A stretch of DNA of 63,242 bases, the filler included, from Thraustochytrium aureum (lineage: Eukaryota): the NCBI GenBank assembly GCA_012862495.1. It is 4 parts of 4 records of this genome, joined end to end, with 100 filler letters (N's around TTAATTAATTAA, not from the genome) between each part and the next. Parts side by side here need not be neighbours in the genome. Positions count along the whole stretch, not along the records: positions 32,648 to 60,831 come from BLSG01000054.1; 3 more parts are not named here. One strand, given 5' to 3'. The position numbers were made by a program, and so were the translations under genes. The notes under the pieces are model-generated. The model ran no database searches and was not told where the DNA came from. It saw only the letters and a list, made by a program, of their open reading frames with translations. Shown piece by piece: positions 46,506-60,931 of the stretch (position 1 is its first letter; the number at the start of each line of letters is the position of its first letter).

Positions 46506-48385
46506 TTTGCCTCGCGCCTTGCTGGGATTGGATTGCGAATGGCCTTGCTCCGCGTTATCGTTCGGGGCGCAGTGTTGGAGGACTGCCACAGATGCAAGGC
46601 GGCTGGGCGCCAAGGAGATGATGGAGGCCTTTGGATGCCAGCAGAACAATCGCAGTTGCGAGAGTACGACAATCGCACTTCTCTTCTTCTTCATGGCGTG
46701 TCGGAGGGAGAGCGGTAGGAGGTACCGTAGGCGCTCTCTAGAGCTGGCTAGCTACTGGTGACGAACTTCATCATCTTGTTTTCTTTATTTTTTCACCTCT
46801 GCGTTTGGCAGGGCCGCACTGCCGAGTGCTGGCGGGACCGTATGGGCCAGCAGCAGCGAAATGTGCGCAAAAGCAGCGCTTCTGCCCCGCTGTGATCACG
46901 GTCGCGCAACAACGCAGCGCTGGTGAGCACCGGTTTGCGGCAGGGCAGCAAAGCGAGAACAGAATCGAAGAGAAACGGCTGGCCTGCGTTGAGCGACTGG
47001 GACGCCAGGGCGACATTCTGCCCCTGCCACACTGGTGCTCGCACGTTCCTGGAGGTTGGGACGAACGAAGGTCGTTGCAGTGGATCGGATAGCGGACGCG
47101 GCCGTAAATCACTCACTCCTTCGGGCAGACTCGGCGACGACCCATTCTACTTTCTACCAACTCGTCAACTCGTCATGAGGGCTGGAGCAGACGAGACGCC
47201 TTCACGAATGCCACAAGCCCAGAGATCCTACTCGACCTCCAAGTCCTTGCTTGACGGCGTAACTGTCGACCTGCCAGAGAACAGAAAAGCCATCGTCTCG
47301 GTTGCGCTCTCAATCAAAAGAGAGCGAGGCAGTTCATCGCATCATCAACGATCGTCGTGCGCACATCGTCGCCAAAATATTTGGACGCAGGGATCCTGGA
47401 ATTGGCAGGTCCGCGAAACAGCAGTGCCACTGTGGGCATCAACCTGCCAGCGATCCTGCTCCTCTGCCGCGGTCGCTCTCCTCGCGTTCAAAATCAATCA
47501 AAACAAACGAGGCGGAAGAGGACGAGCGGTCGGGCGTCCCGCAACGTCCCAGCGCGTCCCATCTTCCAAACCAATCCATCCACACTAACGTGCATTCTTT
47601 TGTTCGCTTGGCGTTCACTCTGTCTATTTTGTTCTTTTGTTCCTTTGCTCTCTTCANNNNNNNNNNNNNNNNNNNNNNNNNNNNNNNNNNNNNNNNNNNN
47701 NNNNNNNNNNNNNNNNNNNNNNNNNNNNNNNNNNNNNNNNNNNNNNNNNNNNNNNNNNNNNNNNNNNNNNNNNNNNNNNNNNNNNNNNNNNNNNNNNNNN
47801 NNNNNNNNNNNNNNNNNNNNNNNNNNNNNNNNNNNNNNNNNNNNNNNNNNNNNNNNNNNNNNNNNNNNNNNNNNNNNNNNNNNNNNNNNNNNNNNNNNNN
47901 NNNNNNNNNNNNNNNNNNNNNNNNNNNNNNNNNNNNNNNNNNNNNNNNNNNNNNNNNNNNNNNNNNNNNNNNNNNNNNNNNNNNNNNNNNNNNNNNNNNN
48001 NNNNNNNNNNNCGGGGGAGCTCCGGGACGAGGCACGCGAGCCGGTGGATTGAAGGTGAGTTCGCTGCTGCGCCCTGCGATCGTTTTCGTTTGGGTTGGTT
48101 TTTTTTTGGTTGCTTGGTGGAGGCTTGGATTGCTGCACGTTTTGGGGTTTTGCGGTCGCGGAGCTGCCTGCCCCAAAACCGCAGTCCTGCCTCCGCAACA
48201 CTCGCGCGAACGACGCTCTGCGGCGCCTGGCAGGGCTCGCTGCTGTGCTGCTGCAAAGCTGCAAAGCTGCGTCGCGGATTGGCGGATTGGCGGATTGGCT
48301 GGCTGGAGCGGGGTGGCCGAGCGAACGGAGGCTGACGTGCGAGGCGGCGCTGCTCAGCAGGTGCGAAAGGTTGGTAGGTGCGAAA

Positions 48386-50424
<2,039 letters not shown>

Positions 50425-51022
50425 ATGCGACGGCTCGCCCGCACTTGAACTGCAACTCGCGTGTTGTCGTGTCGTGCGCGGTAGGCCTGGCGTAGCGCCG
50501 GGGGTGGACTTGCTGTAGGGGCCGTCCCGTTCCCGGGGCGCCGGTGCTCTTTGGGCACAGGATCCTCGCTGCAGCAAGCAGGCGCGGGCACTGTTGCTAC
50601 AGTGACCTCGCAGCGGACGCTCACGGGCCGTAATGCGGGGCTCAGGCGCGCCCAGCGAGGCGTAGGGAGGAAGGGAGGGTGGGTTTCTCGAGGCCTGCCG
50701 TGGTAGGCCCTGCAGCTAAACAACAAGATTCCTCGACCCTTTTCTCGCTGTTGTTCCTGCGGGTCTTTCCGCGCCAACAACGTCGCCGGGGATTGGGGCT
50801 GTTGCCGCTCGGAGAGCGCGTGCAGTAACAAAACCCTCAAAATCAATCAAAAAAAACNNNNNNNNNNNNNNNNNNNNNNNNNNNNNNNNNNNNNNNNNNN
50901 NNNNNNNNNNNNNNNNNNNNNNNNNNNNNNNNNNNNNNNNNNNNNNNNNNNNNNNNNNNNNNNNNNNNNNNNNNNNNNNNNNNNNNNNNNNNNNNNNNNN
51001 NNNNNNNNNATCAATCAATCAA

Positions 51023-51771
51023 TCAATAAGTGGACGAGAGCTTCGCGTTAATCTCCTCCAAGAGCTTGACAGAGTACTTGAGCTTGATCGTGGTCCGCGT
51101 CGCCGCCTCCAGGTTGCCGGAGGAAAAGTCCGCGTCAAGCTCTTTCTCGATCCCCGCAATCTCCGCGCTCACGCGCTCACGCATGGCCGCCAGGTCGTCA
51201 GCGGTATCGCACTCGTCGAGCTCCTCGCGAGCCTCCATCGCGCGCATCAGCACGAACGGATCCGACTCGGACTTGCCGCCCTCACTCAGAGCGTCCACCC
51301 CGTTCAATTCGAGCAAGTACACCGCGCGGTCCAGCGGGCTCTTGAGCGTCTGGTAAGCGTCGTTGAGCGCCGACGAGTGTTCCGCCGAGTACTCTTGCTC
51401 CTGCTCGGTCTTGTTCCCGTACCTGTCCGGGTGCAGCTTCTTCTGCAGCGACCAAAACGTCTTCTCGAGCTTGGACGTGTCGATCGCGTAGCCTTGGTCA
51501 AGGCTGAAGAGGTCAAAGTGCGTAAGCGCGCCGGGCTCAGCAGCCACCTTCTTCACAGGCACGGGCTCTTGGATCACGTCGCACCCGGGGCAGAAAAAGT
51601 TTACCCGCTCAATGTAGTGGCCGCACTTCCAGCAGTCGCTCGTCCACATCTTGTTGGTGCTGCTAGCCTTGCGCGGCTGAACGTGCGTCGTGATCCGCGT
51701 TGGCTTTCTGGCGCCACCAGCGTTCGAGCGCTCCGTGTCCCCTGTCGCTGGATCAACTTGGCTGCCGCCAT
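51023..51771 (-). CDS. HSCB: Fe-S cluster co-chaperone HscB/Hsc20/Jac1 (frameshift near 51650 after the targeting peptide)
   Basis: CWKC...FFCPGC tetra-Cys motif; J-domain LQKKLHPD; SSALNDAYQTLKSPLDRAVYLL; acidic C-domain; upstream Arg-rich presequence MAAAKLIQRQGTRS. Confidence 0.95.
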
Positions 51772-53024
51772 CCTTGATCCTTTCAAAAGCGTCGTGCTGG
51801 TGTTGGTGTTTGTGCTCTGCGTTGCCGCTTGTCTTGCACCCAGCATGATGCTTGTGATTGTGGTGCCGTCCAGCGTCACACGCATGTTCGCCGGCGCCTC
51901 CGCGGCTGCCGCTGCACGACCCGGCCCCTGTCCGCTCTTCGCGTTGCGCCGCCCCGAGCGAGTGAGCCGAGCTCGCCAGCGCCTTGATCGCCGCGCTGCG
52001 GCCTGCCCCTCTCCGGCGCCGCGCCAGNNNNNNNNNNNNNNNNNNNNNNNNNNNNNNNNNNNNNNNNNNNNNNNNNNNNNNNNNNNNNNNNNNNNNNNNN
52101 NNNNNNNNNNNNNNNNNNNNNNNNNNNNNNNNNNNNNNNNNNNNNNNNNNNNNNNNNNNNNNNNNNNNNNNNNNNNNNNNNNNNNNNNNNNNNNNNNNNN
52201 NNNNNNNNNNNNNNNNNNNNNNNNNNNNNNNNNNNNNNNNNNNNNNNNNNNNNNNNNNNNNNNNNNNNNNNNNNNNNNNNNNNNNNNNNNNNNNNNNNNN
52301 NNNNNNNNNNNNNNNNNNNNNNNNNNNNNNNNNNNNNNNNNNNNNNNNNNNNNNNNNNNNNNNNNNNNNNNNNNNNNNNNNNNNNNNNNNNNNNNNNNNN
52401 NNNNNNNNNNNNNNNNNNNNNNNNNNNNNNNNNNNNNNNNNNNNNNNNNNNNNNNNNNNNNNNNNNNNNNNNNNNNNNNNNNNNNNNNNNNNNNNNNNNN
52501 NNNNNNNNNNNNNNNNNNNNNNNNNNNNNNNNNNNNNNNNNNNNNNNNNNNNNNNNNNNNNNNNNNNNNNNNNNNNNNNNNNNNNNNNNNNNNNNNNNNN
52601 NNNNNNNNNNNNNNNNNNNNNNNNNNNNNNNNNNNNNNNNNNNNNNNNNNNNNNNNNNNNNNNNNNNNNNNNNNNNNNNNNNNNNNNNNNNNNNNNNNNN
52701 NNNNNNNNNNNNNNNNNNNNNNNNNNNNNNNNNNNNNNNNNNNNNNNNNNNNNNNNNNNNNNNNNNNNNNNNNNNNNNNNNNNNNNNNNNNNNNNNNNNN
52801 NNNNNNNNNNNNNNNNNNNNNNNNNNNNNNNNNNNNNNNNNNNNNNNNNNNNNNNNNNNNNNNNNNNNNNNNNNNNNNNNNNNNNNNNNNNNNNNNNNNN
52901 NNNNNNNNNNNNNNNNNNNNNNNNNNNNCGAGGCGCTCGGGTTCGCTCTTCGGCGGTGGGCGAGCGAGCGCTTGCGACATGCGCTGCAAAACGAGGACGG
53001 CGTTGAGCGGATTTGATTGTACAT

Positions 53025-53326
53025 CGTTAGATGACTTGGCCGACAACGCGCAAAAGCACGAAAGCCATGAGACTGATGGTGAGGCGCAGCACATTCGAGG
53101 TGAAGCTGCCATCGACGCGATGACCGAATATGGTCACACCGGGCAGTCTACCAAACCTCACGTCGGTGGCCACCTCAAGAAATGTCTTTAGCTCCTCGTC
53201 GGTCTCCTGCGCGCCGTGCCCGTCCTTGTTCTTGAACAGCGACCATCGAAATAAAGTCGGCAAAGCTCTTGGTGAGCGTCGACAGGGGCACCATCATGAT
53301 TGATGCAAACCACCACAACACGTTGT
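53025..53326 (-). pseudogene. Near-identical tandem duplicate of the last ~300 bp of the 7TM gene
   Basis: Matches 53344-53650 (offset 319), apart from an 11-bp deletion and a 6-bp insertion near its 5' end. Confidence 0.9.
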
Positions 53327-53345
53327 TGATCGGATTTTAACACCG

Positions 53346-55338
53346 TTAGATGACTTGGCCGACAACGCGCAAAAGCACGAAAGCCATGAGACTGATGGTG
53401 AGGCGCAGCACATTCGAGGTGAAGCTGCCATCGACGCGATGACCGAATATGGTCACACCGGGCAGTCTACCAAACCTCACGTCGGTGGCCACCTCAAGAA
53501 ATGTCTTTAGCTCCTCGTCGGTCTCCTGCGCGCCGTGCCCGTCCTTGTTCTTGAACAGCGTCGAAAACCGCACCATCGAAATAAAGTCGGCAAAGCTCTT
53601 GGTGAGCGTCGACAGGGGCACCATTGATGCAAACCACCACAGCACGTTGATGGTGTTGAAAAATATCGACGCAACAATGCACCGCACCGCCAACGGGTCC
53701 ACCACGGTGGTCCCGCCGAACGTGAGCAAGCTCCCGCAAATAAAGAGCGTCGCCGTCATCAAAACAAAGGTCATCAAGCCAAACATGTACTCCTCCCGGT
53801 CGCAGATCACGTGCGTCACATTTGCGATGCACAGGTACCGGAACTTGATTTGTGAAAACGGCGTTTTCCCGACAGCAAAGTACTTTTGCTGTTGCCGTAT
53901 CGCGCTTTCCGTGGCCCGCGAGAAGAAGATCATTCGTGTCAAAGCGATGCCACCAACTCCAAACGAAACAAATGAAGCATGGCCAACGACGATCCTGCCC
54001 CATAATGGCCAGCTGTCGTCCCATGCCGACCAGGAAAACATCGCGATCGCAGACGCCGTGACAATTGGGACGCCAAAATGGTACTGTCTGGCGAGAATCG
54101 CGATGATTCTCTCGATGTACCTGATGTCATTCTCACAGGTGAACGCAACCTCGAAAACGAGCATGTTTGACGCCTGCGAGTTGGGGCGGCAGATTTGCTG
54201 GACAGCGTGGTGCCGAATCATTGTCAACGCTGCATAGAAAAACCCCACGCTTCCATACAGCACTGACCGAGCGAGTTGGTTGGAATGCGCCGATTGAACG
54301 GTGCGGTAGATCATGTACACAGAGCCCACGACGAGCGATGCGACGCAAAGCGCGGGGTACAAGTACCCGCCAATTATGCGGAGCGCCAAATTCTTGCTCC
54401 GAAGCAACGGCAAGTTGGGCACGCCGACAAACACGTACCGAACGGCCAGCGGCTTGGTGATCTTCGCCAATCGGACCCGCCACTCGCGCAGACGCTCCTT
54501 CTCGTCACAGTCGTCCACGATTCCAAGNNNNNNNNNNNNNNNNNNNNNNNNNNNNNNNNNNNNNNNNNNNNNNNNNNNNNNNNNNNNNNNNNNNNNNNNN
54601 NNNNNNNNNNNNNNNNNNNNNNNNNNNNNNNNNNNNNNNNNNNNNNNNNNNNNNNNNNNNNNNNNNNNNNNNNNNNNNNNNNNNNNNNNNNNNNNNNNNN
54701 NNNNNNNNNNNNNNNNNNNNNNNNNNNNNNNNNNNNNNNNNNNNNNNNNNNNNNNNNNNNNNNNNNNNNNNNNNNNNNNNNNNNNNNNNNNNNNNNNNNN
54801 NNNNNNNNNNNNNNNNNNNNNNNNNNNNNNNNNNNNNNNNNNNNNNNNNNNNNNNNNCAAGTTCGCGCATTATTGGACCGGCAATAAGGGTGGCGGAAAC
54901 GCTCTTTCCTCGTGACCCCAGCGGAAGTTTGTCGACGGCGAGGGTCGCGAGCGTCGCAGAGGCAGCGGATGTATACCACACCGCTAGGATGCGGTCGTTT
55001 GCGTGGGCGACCCAATTCATGCGCTCCACGCTGCCAAATTGCTGTGCGAGCGATTCGATGTCACTCTTCGTGTAGAAAGACTGAAATCGGCTGAAAACGA
55101 CGATGCGTTGTGTCTCTCTGTTTCGGCCGCGGTGGATGAGGCTCCCGCGGTCCATCTTACTGCCATGCTTGCCTCGGGCCTCCCACGGCTCGACACGCTC
55201 GCTACCGTTTTGTTCCACCAGCAGCCCCGCAGCGGGCACGGTTGCCGGCGTCGGCGCTTGCTCGTCCACGCCTTCGCGGTCGTACAAGACATCGTTGTGG
55301 TCGCCAGCGACGATGTCTGGCGCGACGCGCGACGCCAT
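53346..55338 (-). CDS. RRM-like domain + gustatory-receptor-like 7TM ion channel (7TMIC/GRL/DUF3537-like)
   Basis: N-terminal RIVVFSRF..YTKSDIESLAQQFGSV...LAVWYTSAASATLA..KSVSATL (RRM topology). Then seven hydrophobic helices ending in ELKTFL...GVTIFGHRVD...VLL. The gap edges share CAAG, and merging gives in-frame GPIMRELGIVDD. Confidence 0.6.
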
Positions 55339-55969
55339 CCTCGCGACTCCGTAGCCGCGCGCTCTGAGCCACGCAGCTCTGCTGCAAGGGGTTCGGCGTA
55401 TCGATACAATGGTGCCTTAGCCGCTCATCCGTTGAAAGGTCATCTTTCAATAAAAAAACGGCTAACACCACCAACGGACATTGATGGGCTGCCCTGACGA
55501 AGTGCAGGCCAACCTACTGTGCGAAACGTCCCGAGGCAACGACTGCCCGAAGCGGCAACCTCGATGGAGGCCTGGGTCAACGGCATTTCCGACCTGAACG
55601 AATAACCTGTTGGGCGGCCAGATGCGTTTGTTTCAGCAGCGGCCATCCCGCGCTTGCCGGTGCCGTGATGTAAAACTCTAGAGGCAGAGAGGAAAACTGA
55701 AAAGGGTGCAACACTGCGCTGCCTGGAGAGGGTTGAATCTGAGCCACGCGCGCTCGGCGAGCTCTGACACGCTGGTTGTACTGACCAGTCGCCAAGCTCG
55801 ACGACTCCAGCTAGCAAAAGCAACGCGTTGGGGATCCCCTTGCGAGGCTTTCTGACAGAGTAAGCCGATCGTTCTGGTCGGTGGCGAAGCTCTCAACTTG
55901 CCCAAGCGAGGAGTGGGGAAAGGAAAAGGCGGCACGTTTTTGGAGAAGAATAGAGCAGCGGGGCCCAGG

Positions 55970-56026
55970 GACAAACTTGCGTTCGTGCGACAAACTTGCA
56001 TTCGTGCGACAAACTTGCATTCGTGC
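55970..56026. repeat. 19-bp tandem repeat x3 (GACAAACTTGCRTTCGTGC)
   Basis: Units at 55970, 55989 and 56008, just downstream of the MIF stop. Confidence 0.9.
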
Positions 56027-56083
56027 GCAGTGCCGTTCGCGTCGTAGTTTGGCCTGAATCGCGTTGCGCCGCGGACGAGAGCG

Positions 56084-56413
56084 CTACGCGAGAGCAGCGC
56101 CGTTGAGCGCCCACTCGGAGCGCTCGAAGCTCGTAAAGTTGACAAAGACCCTGGTTGGCGGCACCCCGACGCCGCCAAGCACATCCGTGATGCCCTTGGC
56201 AACCTGGCCCACAGTGCCACCGATACCCTGAACCTTGACCATCGCGCACGGCTCGTTGGAGCCGGCGAACGACAACGCGTCCGAAACGCGGACTTCCACG
56301 AACACGACAGCTTCAGCCTTGCCAAATCCAGCAGCGACGGCCTCGGAGACCTGCTTCGCCAGAACGGCCTTGTCAGCCACAGCCGCGTTCGTAATTACTT
56401 CAGCGAACGGCAT
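56084..56413 (-). CDS. MIF: Macrophage migration inhibitory factor / tautomerase family protein
   Basis: 109 aa. Catalytic Pro after Met (MPFAEVITN), GK, LSFAGSNEPCA, GIG, VPPTRVFVNF, WALNG. Confidence 0.9.
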   Translation of the reverse strand: MPFAEVITNAAVADKAVLAKQVSEAVAAGFGKAEAVVFVEVRVSDALSFAGSNEPCAMVKVQGIGGTVGQVAKGITDVLGGVGVPPTRVFVNFTSFERSEWALNGAALA

Positions 56414-57796
56414 TGTGCCCGCGCAGTGCTCCCGNNNNNNNNNNNNNNNNNNNNNNNNNNNNNNNNNNNNNNNNNNNNNNNNNNNNNNNNNNNNNNNNNN
56501 NNNNNNNNNNNNNNNNNNNNNNNNNNNNNNNNNNNNNNNNNNNNNNNNNNNNNNNNNNNNNNNNNNNNNNNNNNNNNNNNNNNNNNNNNNNNNNNNNNNN
56601 NNNNNNNNNNNNNNNNNNNNNNNNNNNNNNNNNNNNNNNNNNNNNNNNNNNNNNNNNNNNNNNNNNNNNNNNNNNNNNNNNNNNNNNNNNNNNNNNNNNN
56701 NNNNNNNNNNNNNNNNNNNNNNNNNNNNNNNNNNNNNNNNNNNNNNNNNNNNNNNNNNNNNNNNNNNNNNNNNNNNNNNNNNNNNNNNNNNNNNNNNNNN
56801 NNNNNNNNNNNNNNNNNNNNNNNNNNNNNNNNNNNNNNNNNNNNNNNNNNNNNNNNNNNNNNNNNNNNNNNNNNNNNNNNNNNNNNNNNNNNNNNNNNNN
56901 NNNNNNNNNNNNNNNNNNNNNNNNNNNNNNNNNNNNNNNNNNNNNNNNNNNNNNNNNNNNNNNNNNNNNNNNNNNNNNNNNNNNNNNNNNNNNNNNNNNN
57001 NNNNNNNNNNNNNNNNNNNNNNNNNNNNNNNNNNNNNNNNNNNNNNNNNNNNNNNNNNNNNNNNNNNNNNNNNNNNNNNNNNNNNNNNNNNNNNNNNNNN
57101 NNNNNNNNNNNNNNNNNNNNCCCCGCTGCCAACCCCGCTGCCAACCCCGCTCCTGCCACATCACCAAACTTGAAGAAGAAGAAAGCCGAGCCAACGGCCA
57201 GCGCAGCCATCGGACCGTGCACAACGGGTCCGCGCTGCACATGATCGACGATCGACGATGGAGAGCCTGGACTCGCATGCGATCAATCGATCAATCAATC
57301 GATCGATCCAGTGTTGGCCAGGTTGTTCCTCGTTCATTCACTCGCTCGGGCCCCAAAGAGGGAAAAGTGCATTTTCGGCACGCTTGTGCCGGCCGCCTCA
57401 TGCCCCTCGTACAGTAGAGCGCCACTTGTGAGAGTCGTGCCTCGCGAAAGAATGCACGATTTTCGGTTCAAGAGCGAACAAATGAATGCACACATGCACA
57501 CGCGCGCGCGATGGAGGGCGAGAAACAAGAAAGGAACGAAAATTTGGAGTTGAAAAAAAGCCAAAAAACCTTGAAAAAAAGCGAAAGAAAAGGAAAAAGA
57601 AAGGGCGATCGATCAATGCGAGGGCCGAGCAGAGCCCAATCGACCAAAGCAGCACTGGCGGCCCGAGCATCTGCAGCGCGACGCATCGAGCGAGCACCAG
57701 GCGGCTCGACACTTGCTCGCGCGGCTGCGCCGTGTTGGTGTCCCCGGCGGTCTTGGTTGGTGGGGTCAAGTTGCTGCGCAAGGTTTTTGCAGGGCG

Positions 57797-58770
57797 ATGT
57801 GGGTGGCCAAGGCCTGGCAGGCTGCCCTGGTCGGCGCGGCGGTCGCGGCCGCCACGGCTAGGGGCCAGGAGCTGACGCAGCTCGATGTGCACTATGTGGT
57901 CGATGCCAGCTCGTCGATCGCTGCGGCGGACGGGCTCTGCTTCGCCGGGCGCGGCGCGACCTGCTGGCGGGAGACCGCCTTGTTTGTAAACAATATCACG
58001 AGTGACCTCCTCAGCATGGTTGGGGGCTTTGCTAACGTGAGAACCAACACGACCGGGCTGGCGTTCAGCATGGCCTCCTTCTCCGGCAAGACGTCGACGG
58101 GGACACCGTCAACGGAAAACATTACTGGTGGCGCGATGAAGTTCACCGAGACTGCGTGGCTGGGGTCTATGTACATCCTGGAAACCATTATCCGCCCCGG
58201 AGGCGGGACCTGTCCCTCGCAGGCGCTCGGCTACGCGCTTTCGTACGTCCTCGCGGCGCAGCCGGCTCGGGAAAACAAGATTGTTGTCATTCTCACCGAC
58301 GGGCTAGTCAACAAGCTCGACCTCGAGCACACGCTGAAAACGGCGGAAAACATCAGGCAGGCCGGCGCCAAGATCATCGTCGTCGCGATCGGCGGGGACA
58401 GTGGGTGGACCGAGTCCAACGTTGAGGATGTCTTTGGTGAAGGCACAGAGCTGTTTGCGGCGGGCGACTTTGTGAACATGGACGCCTCTCTTACAAGGCT
58501 CTCCGCGCATGTTGGTAGCATGTTTGCCCCGGAGGCTCCAGGCGCGAGCGAGGGCGCAGGTAGCGACCCTTCAGCCGGCGACGACGGGCAGGGCGATGGA
58601 CCAAGTGACACTAGGGCGCGCAGGCGCCTGGAGCGTCCGGGGGCGACGATGTCGAGGCGACGGCGAGTTCGGGCCTGGGTGAAGGCGCCATTGCTGCGAT
58701 CGTGGTCGGCGGTCTGCTTGTCGTAGGCGGTGTGGGCGCGGCCGTGGCGGCGCGGCGGCAGAGGCTCTAA
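57797..58770 (+). CDS. Type-I membrane vWA-domain surface protein (frameshift near 58620)
   Basis: Signal peptide; DVHYVVDASSSI MIDAS, GGTCPSQAL, VILTDG, IIVVAIG; acidic linker, then TM GAIAAIVVGGLLVVGGVGAAVAARR* in a shifted frame. Confidence 0.8.
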
Positions 58771-59503
58771 TGGTTAGGACCCGCGGGGCACTGCATTTGG
58801 ACATAGATACTGAACTCGAGACCTAACAGCGCGTTCTTACTCCACTNNNNNNNNNNNNNNNNNNNNNNNNNNNNNNNNNNNNNNNNNNNNNNNNNNNNNN
58901 NNNNNNNNNNNNNNNNNNNNNNNNNNNNNNNNNNNNNNNNNNNNNNNNNNNNNNNNNNNNNNNNNNNNNNNNNNNNNNNNNNNNNNNNNNNNNNNNNNNN
59001 NNNNNNNNNNNNNNNNNNNNNNNNNNNNNNNNNNNNNNNNNNNNNNNNNNNNNNNNNNNNNNNNNNNNNNNNNNNNNNNNNNNNNNNNNNNNNNNNNNNN
59101 NNNNNNNNNNNNNNNNNNNNNNNNNNNNNNNNNNNNNNNNNNNNNNNNNNNNNNNNNNNNNNNNNNNNNNNNNNNNNNNNNNNNNNNNNNNNNNNNNNNN
59201 NNNNNNNNNNNNNNNNNNNNNNNNNNNNNNNNNNNNNNNNNNNNNNNNNNNNNNNNNNNNNNNNNNNNNNNNNNNNNNNNNNNNNNNNNNNNNNNNNNNN
59301 NNNNNNNNNNNNNNNNNNNNNNNNNNNNNNNNNNNNNNNNNNNNNNNNNNNNNNNNNNNNNNNNNNNNNNNNNNNNNNNNNNNNNNNNNNNNNNNATGCC
59401 TGGCAAGCTGCCAAACGATCCGCCCAACAACGGCAGAGCGCCCCTGGAGACAGACGATCCAGCGAACGACGGCAGAGCACCCCTGCAGACCTGCTCCAAG
59501 CGC

Positions 59504-60263
59504 TCACGCAGCTTGCACGAGCTGCTCGAGGCGGCGGAGGGCCTGGCTCGCGTGCAGAGCCAGTTCCTCCTTGCCCGCCAGGATGAGAATCTCCGAAAAC
59601 ATGCGCATCTTGACGATGCAGTGCTGTCCGCAGGCGCGCTCGATCACGTCGACGCGGCGGGAAAGTGCCTTGTCCGTCATGGTCCGCACCCGCATCCAAG
59701 TGTGCTCGTACGTCGCCGTCGGGTTGTTGTACGTAGTCTCGTGCTCTTGGTGCAGCCGCTTGAGCCGCTCGATCTTGCGCTCCATCGTTATGCGCTTGGA
59801 CCGCTCCACAAACGTTTCATCCTCCTCGTCGCTCTCCGCGTCTGCTTCACTGGCCACCCGCTCTGGCATGACCTCGCCGTCCGGATTCATGTTTTGCAGC
59901 CGACGCGACTTGCGCTCTGGCAGGGCTGCCTCTCGTCGCCTTTTCGCGGCCGCTGGCTTCCGCTTCCCGTCCTGGTTCCTCGCAGGCCCACTTCGCTCGC
60001 CGTCGTCGTCCGGTCCGAGGAGGCCCAAGGCGCGCAACTCTTCGAGGTTGCGGCGGATGTTGGCCTCACGCGCGACCTGGTACGCCGATTTCAGGAGCTC
60101 GTGCTCCCCCTCGCCGCCTTCGGGCTGCGCTTGGTCTTGCTCCGGCTCCACCTTTGAGGCCGGCACTAGCGCTCCCGACGCACCTCCTTCCTCGTTTCCA
60201 GCGCCATCTTCTGGAGCGGGGGCGTCAGCGGAGGCCGCGGCTTTGGGGGTCGTTGGTCTGCAT
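59504..60263 (-). CDS. Hypothetical nuclear protein with an SxYxxxRxxNIxRNxxxLxxLGL motif (start uncertain)
   Basis: SAYQVAREANIRRNLEELRALGL and RKSRRL motifs, as in WDR76/CDCA7-type N-termini; helical C-domain PTATYEHTWMRVRTM. Confidence 0.6.
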
Positions 60264-60831
60264 TTCCTCGCTGCTCTGCGAGCGTGCGACCACCACCTTC
60301 TAGCTCCCGGGCTGGCACCGCCGCGACTTGCGTGCGACTTGCGGCCGTCTCGCTCGCCTTTGGCGGACCGCTCGCGGCCTCAGACCGCAGCTTCCAGCAC
60401 CGCGTTGCGACTCTACCGCTCGCCGCCCAGCCCAACCAGCGCCTGCAGCGTGTCGAGCGCAGCCCAACCCGTTCGCGCAAGCGCGTCTTCCGCACTGCCG
60501 CGGGTTGTTGCGTGCGTTGCGGCTCTGCGGTCACGCGCCGCAACAGGCTGCTCCGTTGTCGGGCCTTCCGCTCGCAGGCCCCTTGACGGTGGCACGCTTC
60601 GTCGCTCCGTGGCTAACTGGCCGACGAACTGACTAACCAACTGACAAGCTTCGCGGCTGGCTGGCTGGCTGGCACGCTGGCTGGCTGGCTGCTGGCCGGC
60701 TGCTGGCTCGAGCCAGGCGCGTTGTTCGGACTCCAACAGAGTCATTTCAAACTCGGGCGCGTTGTGCTCTCCATCGCCCAATTGCAACAATCAGTTGCGC
60801 CGAGTGACAATCTTTTTTCATTTTTATTTTT

Positions 60832-60931
60832 NNNNNNNNNNNNNNNNNNNNNNNNNNNNNNNNNNNNNNNNNNNNTTAATTAATTAANNNNNNNNNNNNN
60901 NNNNNNNNNNNNNNNNNNNNNNNNNNNNNNN
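60832..60931. other. Artificial scaffold linker
   Basis: TTAATTAATTAA at 60876 within N runs. Confidence 0.95.
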
